Origin: a virus
DNA: 47,053 bases
Strand: one strand, 5' to 3'
IMG/VR virus record: IMGVR_UViG_3300032005_000008
Span: 1 to 47,053 of that record
The position numbers and the translations under genes were made by a program. Positions within the stretch are counted from its first letter, which is position 1; the number at the start of each line of letters is the position of its first letter. Shown piece after piece: positions 41,667 through 47,053 of the stretch. The notes under the pieces are model-generated. The model saw only the letters and a list, made by a program, of their open reading frames with translations, made no database searches and was not told the origin of the DNA.

Positions 41667-42268
41667 TGCCATCAGCATTTCCTTTCAGCCAGGGCGTGGT
41701 GGATATCATCGCTACTGGGAAGTTCATGCCGGTCTACGCGGTTCAGTTGGACTTCCCTGACGGGATGGTCTTCGCGCACACCGGCACCGGTGAGTTGGTG
41801 ATCGACGGGATCACCTACCTGGGCGTCGGCAATTTCGGCCAGGTCAGTCAGTCGCAGGAAAGCGACAACTCAGGATCGCCCATGTCGGTCGAGCTGACGC
41901 TCAGCGGCCTGGACGCTTACATCCTGTCCGAGACCAATGTGCGCGGGTGCCGCGGGCGGTCGGCCAAGGTCATGTTCGCTGTGTTCGACGAGGCTGGAAA
42001 TTACGCGGCGGACATCCTCTTTTCCGGCCGGATGGACGCGGCAAAGTTCTCGTTCGCCGGCAACGGGGAGGAGGGGAACAACATCACCGTCCCAGTCATC
42101 GACCGAATGGCCGAGTGGAGCCGCACCGGCACCGAACGCTTCACCGACGAAAACCACCGTGCTCGCCACCAGGGCGATCGTTTCTTCTACGCAATCGCCC
42201 AAATGTCCGAATGGCCCATCTACTGGGGCTCGAAGAAGGACGCGCCGACATTCACCTATGGAAGCTAG
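41666..42268 (+). CDS. minor tail protein
   Basis: ATG 41666 overlaps the upstream stop by 1 nt. Called from position. Confidence 0.65.
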   Translation: MPSAFPFSQGVVDIIATGKFMPVYAVQLDFPDGMVFAHTGTGELVIDGITYLGVGNFGQVSQSQESDNSGSPMSVELTLSGLDAYILSETNVRGCRGRSAKVMFAVFDEAGNYAADILFSGRMDAAKFSFAGNGEEGNNITVPVIDRMAEWSRTGTERFTDENHRARHQGDRFFYAIAQMSEWPIYWGSKKDAPTFTYGS

Positions 42269-42270
42269 CC

Positions 42271-42669
42271 ATGCGCTACCGAGATTGGACAACCCGTCTG
42301 AACGAAACCATCAAGGCCGCCCAAGAGCGGCCTTTTTCATGGGGTGAATTTGACTGCTGCCTGTTCGCTGCTGATTGCACGGCAGCGGTTTGCGGTGTGG
42401 ACCCGGCCGAGAACTACCGCGGTAAGTACACGACCGAGGCTGGCGCCAAGCGGCAGCTGAAGAAACAGCACGGCAGCCTGGAGGCGGCCTGGGACGCCCA
42501 TTTTGTTCGGGTGCCGTTGGCCTTCATCCAACGGGGAGACGTCGTGATGTACGACGCGCCAGGCGGCCGGAGCATGGCTGTGTATTGGGCTGGTGAGTAT
42601 TGGGCGGCGACCGAAGACGGCGCAGCCAGGGTCGTGTGCGAGCCTCTGGCCGCGTGGAGAATTGAATGA
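42271..42669 (+). CDS. tail-tip protein, NlpC/P60-like (lambda K-like position)
   Basis: PFSWGEFDCCLFAADC resembles the catalytic Cys region of C40 peptidases. Confidence 0.55.
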   Translation: MRYRDWTTRLNETIKAAQERPFSWGEFDCCLFAADCTAAVCGVDPAENYRGKYTTEAGAKRQLKKQHGSLEAAWDAHFVRVPLAFIQRGDVVMYDAPGGRSMAVYWAGEYWAATEDGAARVVCEPLAAWRIE

Positions 42670-45620
42670 GCAGCGGCATCAAGAAACTTGCTCAGGTCGT
42701 AGTGGGTGCCGTCATTGGCTTTGCGCAAGGCGGCCCGTGGGGAGCGGTAGCAGGCGCCGCGCTGGCCTTCTATGCCGCAGAGCAACAGGAGAAGCTCAAC
42801 ACCAAGTCTCCTCTGCGCGATAACGAGCCTTCGGCGCAGACCGTCCGGTCGTCCAAAGCGCCGGTTAGGTTCATCCTGGGCCGGGTATCGACGGGCGGCG
42901 TCCTGGTGTGGGCTCAGGAGCAAACAGGCGCGCTGAATAATGGTGAATGGCTGCACCTAGTCTATGTCCTGTCCGAAGGCTCAATAAGCGCGTTGGAGAC
43001 CATCTACCTCGGCGAAGAGGATATTGGTACGTTCGGAGAGTTCGCCAGTTATGAACTGGTCGTAAACCCGACCCAGGTGAACGCGTTCCTCAAAGCGAAC
43101 TGCCCGGACTGGAAGGACAGCCAGATCGGCAGAGGGCTTTCCTATGTCCGCGTGTCCCTGAAATACAGCGCGGAGAAATTCCCGGCAGGCATTCCGGACA
43201 CTCGGTTCGTCGTGCGTGGACGGAACGACATTTTCGACCCGCGGACCAACGCCGCCGGGTACAGCGCCAATACCGCGCTTCACCTGCTTTGGTTCCTCCG
43301 CAACCGCTGCAATGTTCCTGACGACGAGATCGTCTTCGAGACCTTCGCCAGTGCTGCGAACGTGTGTGACGAAGCTGTCACCAACGCCGATGGATCGACC
43401 AGTCAGCGCTACAGAACCGGCTGCGTGATCGGCGCCGACGAACAGCGCACCGGAGTCCTGCAGAAGCTCGAAGCAGCTTCCGGCGGTCACCTGATCCGTG
43501 TGGGCGGTCGCTGGATGTTCCAGGCGGGCGCGTATTACGGTCCGTATGACTTCGAAATCACCGAAGATATGGTCATCGGCACCGTCACCGGCAGCACCGA
43601 GCCTACCAACGACTCGGCAATCAATACCGTTCGTGGCACGTTCATTGACCCGGATCAGTCATGGACGGAGACGGACTATCCTGAGGTCAGCGTTGCTGAG
43701 TGGATCGTTGAAGACGGAGGCGAGGCGGCGGAAACGCTGACCTACTCCTATGTCACCGACCCATACCAGGCGCAACGCCTGGCGAACATGGAGCTCCGCC
43801 GTCGCCGTGCTGGCGGCGCAATTAGCATCCCGATGAACTTCGCCGGCTACAACTGCCGGCCTGGCCGCGTGGTACGCGTCAACCTGCCTTCGCTAAATAT
43901 CCTGGGAGAGTTCATCGTTTCGGATTGGTCTATGGGCGACCGGGAAGGCTGCACCGTCCAGGTCAAACAGTACGAGGCTGCGATCTTCGATGACGCCGTG
44001 GGCCAGCCCTACAACCCGATCGGCTTTATCAATCTACCGTCCGGCGGGCTGGGCAGTCCAAGTTCGCTCACCTGGACGCAGGATTCCACGGCCGAGGTAA
44101 TTCAAGGTGTCCTCTCCTGGATGCCGCCCACCGGGATCGTTAAGGAATACATCGTCGTGGTCCGTCAAGGAACGACCGCGATTCAATCGCACAACGTGCC
44201 GTCAACTTCCACAGAGTGCGCTATCAACAGCCTGCCGTCCGGCAATTACACCATGAGCGTGTCGGCTGTTGGCCCTATGGCGCGGTCTGGCGAAGTAACC
44301 ATCACGGTCAGCATCAACGGCCCGCCCATTCCGGAAAGCTGCGTGGTTCAGTCGTCGATCGACAACATCGTGCTGATTCCGGCCAATGCTCAAAATGGGC
44401 TGAACGGCGGCACTTACGAGTACTTCTTCAGCACCTCTCCGACCGCGACGTCGGCGGACGCTGAGTACTTGGGCCAAGGGCTCTCGTTTACCCACACCGG
44501 CCTGGGGTTCTGGACGAATTACTACTACTTCATCCGGTCCTCCAACGCCTACGGGAAAAGCTCGTTCCTCTACGTTCCAGCCCAGACCTCGAACGATGTT
44601 TCTGCTTATCTGGCTGCGCTGGCCGGACAAATCGGTCGCACTGAGCTCGGGCAGGACATCATCGACGAAATCGACAAGATCCCAGGCCTTCAGGACCAGA
44701 TCGATGACCTGTCGAACCCGATGCTTTACGAGCCGACGATTGCATATCTAAGTGGCGCCGTCGTGTATCAAGGGGATCGCCTGTACCGCGCGAAGCAGGA
44801 CGTTCCTGCCGAGCCAGGCGGAGCAAACGCCCCTCCGAACGCGACCTACTGGGAGGACATCGGCCAGATCCTGCAAGAGGCGAACGCGCTTGCCGCACAA
44901 GTCTCCGAAAACACGCTGAAGATTGACCAGCAGGGCGACGAGCTCACCGTGCAGGCATCCAAGCTTGACGGAGTCTATGTCCAAGTGAACCCGGCCCTGG
45001 CCGGCGACACAGAGGGCTTCGCTGGTTCAGATGATGTCTACATCGGTGTTTGGTCGGAACAGTCCGCTCGCCTTGAGGATGGCATTGCCACCGCCCGGCG
45101 CGTCGACACCGTGCAGGCCGAGGTCAACGAAAACACCGCGACTGTTCAAACGGTCAGCGAGGCGATGGTTGATCTGGACGGCAAGGCTTCGGCGATGTGG
45201 TCGGTCAAGATGCAGCTAACAGCCGACGGCAAGTACGTCGCGGCCGGTATCGGGCTTGGCATCGAGAACACCGCAGCGGGCCTGCAAAGCCAGTTCCTGG
45301 TTAGCGCCGACCGGTTCGCCATCGTCAACACCATTGCCGGCGGCGCAATCTCGGTTCCGTTCGCGGTGCAAGGCGGCCAGGTGTTCATGAACTCGGCTTT
45401 CATCCAAGACGGCAGCATCACGATGCTGAAGATCGGACAGTACCTGCAATCCGACAACTATGTTGCTGGTTCGCAGGGCTGGCGCCTGGATAAGGCCGGA
45501 AATCTTGAGTTCAACGGGCCAGCCCCTGGTGGTGGTCGCCTGACGATGACCAATCGCGCCGTCAAGGTCTACGACCAGAACAACGTGAAGCGCGTTCAAC
45601 TTGGGGATCTCGACGCATGA
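42666..45620 (+). CDS. host specificity / central tail fibre protein (lambda J analogue)
   Basis: 984 aa, called from position, an FN3-like segment and a conserved C-terminal region. Confidence 0.85.
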   Translation: MSSGIKKLAQVVVGAVIGFAQGGPWGAVAGAALAFYAAEQQEKLNTKSPLRDNEPSAQTVRSSKAPVRFILGRVSTGGVLVWAQEQTGALNNGEWLHLVYVLSEGSISALETIYLGEEDIGTFGEFASYELVVNPTQVNAFLKANCPDWKDSQIGRGLSYVRVSLKYSAEKFPAGIPDTRFVVRGRNDIFDPRTNAAGYSANTALHLLWFLRNRCNVPDDEIVFETFASAANVCDEAVTNADGSTSQRYRTGCVIGADEQRTGVLQKLEAASGGHLIRVGGRWMFQAGAYYGPYDFEITEDMVIGTVTGSTEPTNDSAINTVRGTFIDPDQSWTETDYPEVSVAEWIVEDGGEAAETLTYSYVTDPYQAQRLANMELRRRRAGGAISIPMNFAGYNCRPGRVVRVNLPSLNILGEFIVSDWSMGDREGCTVQVKQYEAAIFDDAVGQPYNPIGFINLPSGGLGSPSSLTWTQDSTAEVIQGVLSWMPPTGIVKEYIVVVRQGTTAIQSHNVPSTSTECAINSLPSGNYTMSVSAVGPMARSGEVTITVSINGPPIPESCVVQSSIDNIVLIPANAQNGLNGGTYEYFFSTSPTATSADAEYLGQGLSFTHTGLGFWTNYYYFIRSSNAYGKSSFLYVPAQTSNDVSAYLAALAGQIGRTELGQDIIDEIDKIPGLQDQIDDLSNPMLYEPTIAYLSGAVVYQGDRLYRAKQDVPAEPGGANAPPNATYWEDIGQILQEANALAAQVSENTLKIDQQGDELTVQASKLDGVYVQVNPALAGDTEGFAGSDDVYIGVWSEQSARLEDGIATARRVDTVQAEVNENTATVQTVSEAMVDLDGKASAMWSVKMQLTADGKYVAAGIGLGIENTAAGLQSQFLVSADRFAIVNTIAGGAISVPFAVQGGQVFMNSAFIQDGSITMLKIGQYLQSDNYVAGSQGWRLDKAGNLEFNGPAPGGGRLTMTNRAVKVYDQNNVKRVQLGDLDA

Positions 45621-45970
45621 GTTATGGCGCAAGGGTATGGGACGAGAACGGCAGTCTCGCCATGGACACGACGTCCTTCACTTATCAGGTGATCTGGCAG
45701 GGAGTAATTGATTTCAGCGGAAACGTTCCCAGCTACACGCTGGGAATTCCAGGATTCAATCCTGCGAACTGCGTCTTCATGATCATCCCGACGAGAGCTC
45801 AAGATGTTCAACAGGCCGAGGCGGACACTTTAGGAAACACCAGATCCTACCCCTACGTCACCGTTTCGGCGGGCCAGGTAGTAATCCTACCCAAGAACCC
45901 GTCGGCTGGTCCCGCTGTGGGGCAGACACGAATCATCGCCAAGGGATTCGCAATAAGGTACGCGGCATGA
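45617..45970 (+). CDS. hypothetical tail-associated protein
   Basis: ATGA coupling. Its N-terminus is paralogous to that of the next gene. Confidence 0.55.
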   Translation: MSYGARVWDENGSLAMDTTSFTYQVIWQGVIDFSGNVPSYTLGIPGFNPANCVFMIIPTRAQDVQQAEADTLGNTRSYPYVTVSAGQVVILPKNPSAGPAVGQTRIIAKGFAIRYAA

Positions 45971-46629
45971 CTTACGGCTTCCAGAGCATCAACGACAATT
46001 CGGTCGTGCAGATCGATTCAGAAGCCCCCAGGCTTTGCATGCTGACCAAAGGAACCTACTCAGGAACAGGCACGGCCTCGGGTGTTTTTGCCAGGCCGAT
46101 AACAAGCCAAGATCCTCCCATGGTTTTTATTCGACCGGATCAAACAGCACAGATACAAGTTCCATACGCTGTTTGGTTTACAGGAGGGCCAGGAAACTGG
46201 ACTGGTTTTTCTATGAGCGCCTCTGTCGTTTATAACGTGCTCAGTGGTCTTTATTTCGTCGCGTCCTGGGCTTCTATGGGAACATCGCAGTTTGGCATGC
46301 GCCTGTGGGACCCAGCCGCAACGCTTATCTATGATAGCGGGGCGCCGGCTGTAGTTGTTACTTATGCTTCAGGTAGCTGGACATACTTGGGCTCAGAGCA
46401 ACTTAGCAATGCCAAGCGTTACAAGTGGGGCATTAACAAAATGCTTGGTGCTGGTGAGTACGTATCGCTAAACCCCTTTACCATGAACTGCCATACATCA
46501 GGCTCTGGTGGTGGATGTTCACTTGGTGTGGATTACGCCGCCGGTCGTATCATGATGTACAGCGTTTCATTCGAGGCATGGACCGACCAAGGCCATCGTC
46601 CATTTCTCTGCGCCAAACTACTTGCTTAG
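45967..46629 (+). CDS. hypothetical tail-associated protein
   Basis: ATGA coupling. AT-richer than the core tail genes. Confidence 0.55.
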   Translation: MTYGFQSINDNSVVQIDSEAPRLCMLTKGTYSGTGTASGVFARPITSQDPPMVFIRPDQTAQIQVPYAVWFTGGPGNWTGFSMSASVVYNVLSGLYFVASWASMGTSQFGMRLWDPAATLIYDSGAPAVVVTYASGSWTYLGSEQLSNAKRYKWGINKMLGAGEYVSLNPFTMNCHTSGSGGGCSLGVDYAAGRIMMYSVSFEAWTDQGHRPFLCAKLLA

Positions 46630-46713
46630 TCTTTTGAGTATTTCAGCTTTCTAGAGAAGTCCAAACTTTGGCTTCAACAAAACCAGAATCATTGATTAAG
46701 AAGGTTTGAAAAT

Positions 46714-47053
46714 ATGTCCAAACAGGTCATTAACCTTGGCACTGCCCCTACAGGCGTGGGCGGCGATACGCCTCGTAGTGCTTTCACCAAGGCTCAGGCA
46801 AACTTTGATGAGCTTTATGTCGCCCTGGGCGGGAGCGGATCACCAGTTGCGCTTCCGCCCGCTCTTCCGGTTGCAAATGGTGGTACTGGCGGGACAACAC
46901 AGGCGGCTGCTCGCACAGGGCTTGGCCTGGGTTCCGTTGCTACGGAGAGCGTAGTACCTGTCGACAAAGGTGGGACTGGCGGAACAACCCAAGCTGCAGC
47001 TAGGTCAGGACTCGGCCTTGGCTCGGCTGCCATAGTAGACGCGGTTGGGCTGG
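46714..47053 (+). CDS. tail fibre protein, 5' portion (runs off the window end and continues at nt 128 after the overlap is removed)
   Basis: AAGAAGG RBS. The sequence is MSKQVINLGTAPTGVGGDTPRSAFTKAQANFDELY followed by two GGTGGTTQAAAR(T/S)GLGLGS repeats. Confidence 0.8.
   Translation, partial: MSKQVINLGTAPTGVGGDTPRSAFTKAQANFDELYVALGGSGSPVALPPALPVANGGTGGTTQAAARTGLGLGSVATESVVPVDKGGTGGTTQAAARSGLGLGSAAIVDAVGL

Noticed and set aside
42666-47053. Possible diversity-generating retroelement or phase-variable fibre region near the receptor-binding genes.
   Set aside because: There is no reverse transcriptase, no template/variable repeat pair and no invertase or inverted repeats. The two GGTGGTTQAAAR repeats in the fibre have diverged at the DNA level.

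Overview
The window is one complete, circularly closed genome of about 46.9 kb from a temperate lambdoid siphovirus. Its GC content and codon usage look Pseudomonas-like, which is an inference. The first 127 nt are identical to the last 127 nt, and the junction falls inside a tail-fibre ORF, in frame. An intact attP (the 3' half of a tRNA-Leu next to a tyrosine integrase) shows this is the free or excised phage form, not an integrated prophage. The layout is as follows. (1) 1-2600: end of the late operon, with the fibre 3' end, two fibre chaperones, a SleB-type endolysin, Rz with embedded Rz1, and one att-proximal ORF. (2) 2640-4117: attP, int and xis. (3) 4114-15392, minus strand: the early-left operon, including an Rmf/CrpP-like gene, an HNH-AP2 endonuclease, a possible nucleobase-exchange module, SSB, a YqaJ exonuclease, an ERF annealase and many small ORFs. 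(4) 14.4-17.4 kb: the immunity region, with a LexA-like cI, cro, three near-identical promoter/operator cassettes, and about 1.7 kb of very low coding density. (5) 17.3-23.7 kb: the early-right operon, with a KilAC antirepressor, an O-like gene carrying iterons, ninB, ninG and a Q-position gene. (6) 23.7-25.5 kb: a late promoter with stacked terminators, an AT-rich PIN-like moron, and membrane, lipoprotein and holin-like genes. (7) 26.4-47.0 kb: terminase, portal, head and tail genes, with a 3-gene AT-rich cargo island between the tail chaperones and the tape measure. All family names come from motif recognition by eye; no database search was run. The candidates I rate highest for follow-up are the TGT/DpdA-like, QueF-like and DUF4406 trio, the terminator-bracketed PIN-like gene, the cargo island in the tail module, and the repressor-controlled promoter and ORF that run head-on into cI beside a roughly 0.7-kb untranslated PL leader.
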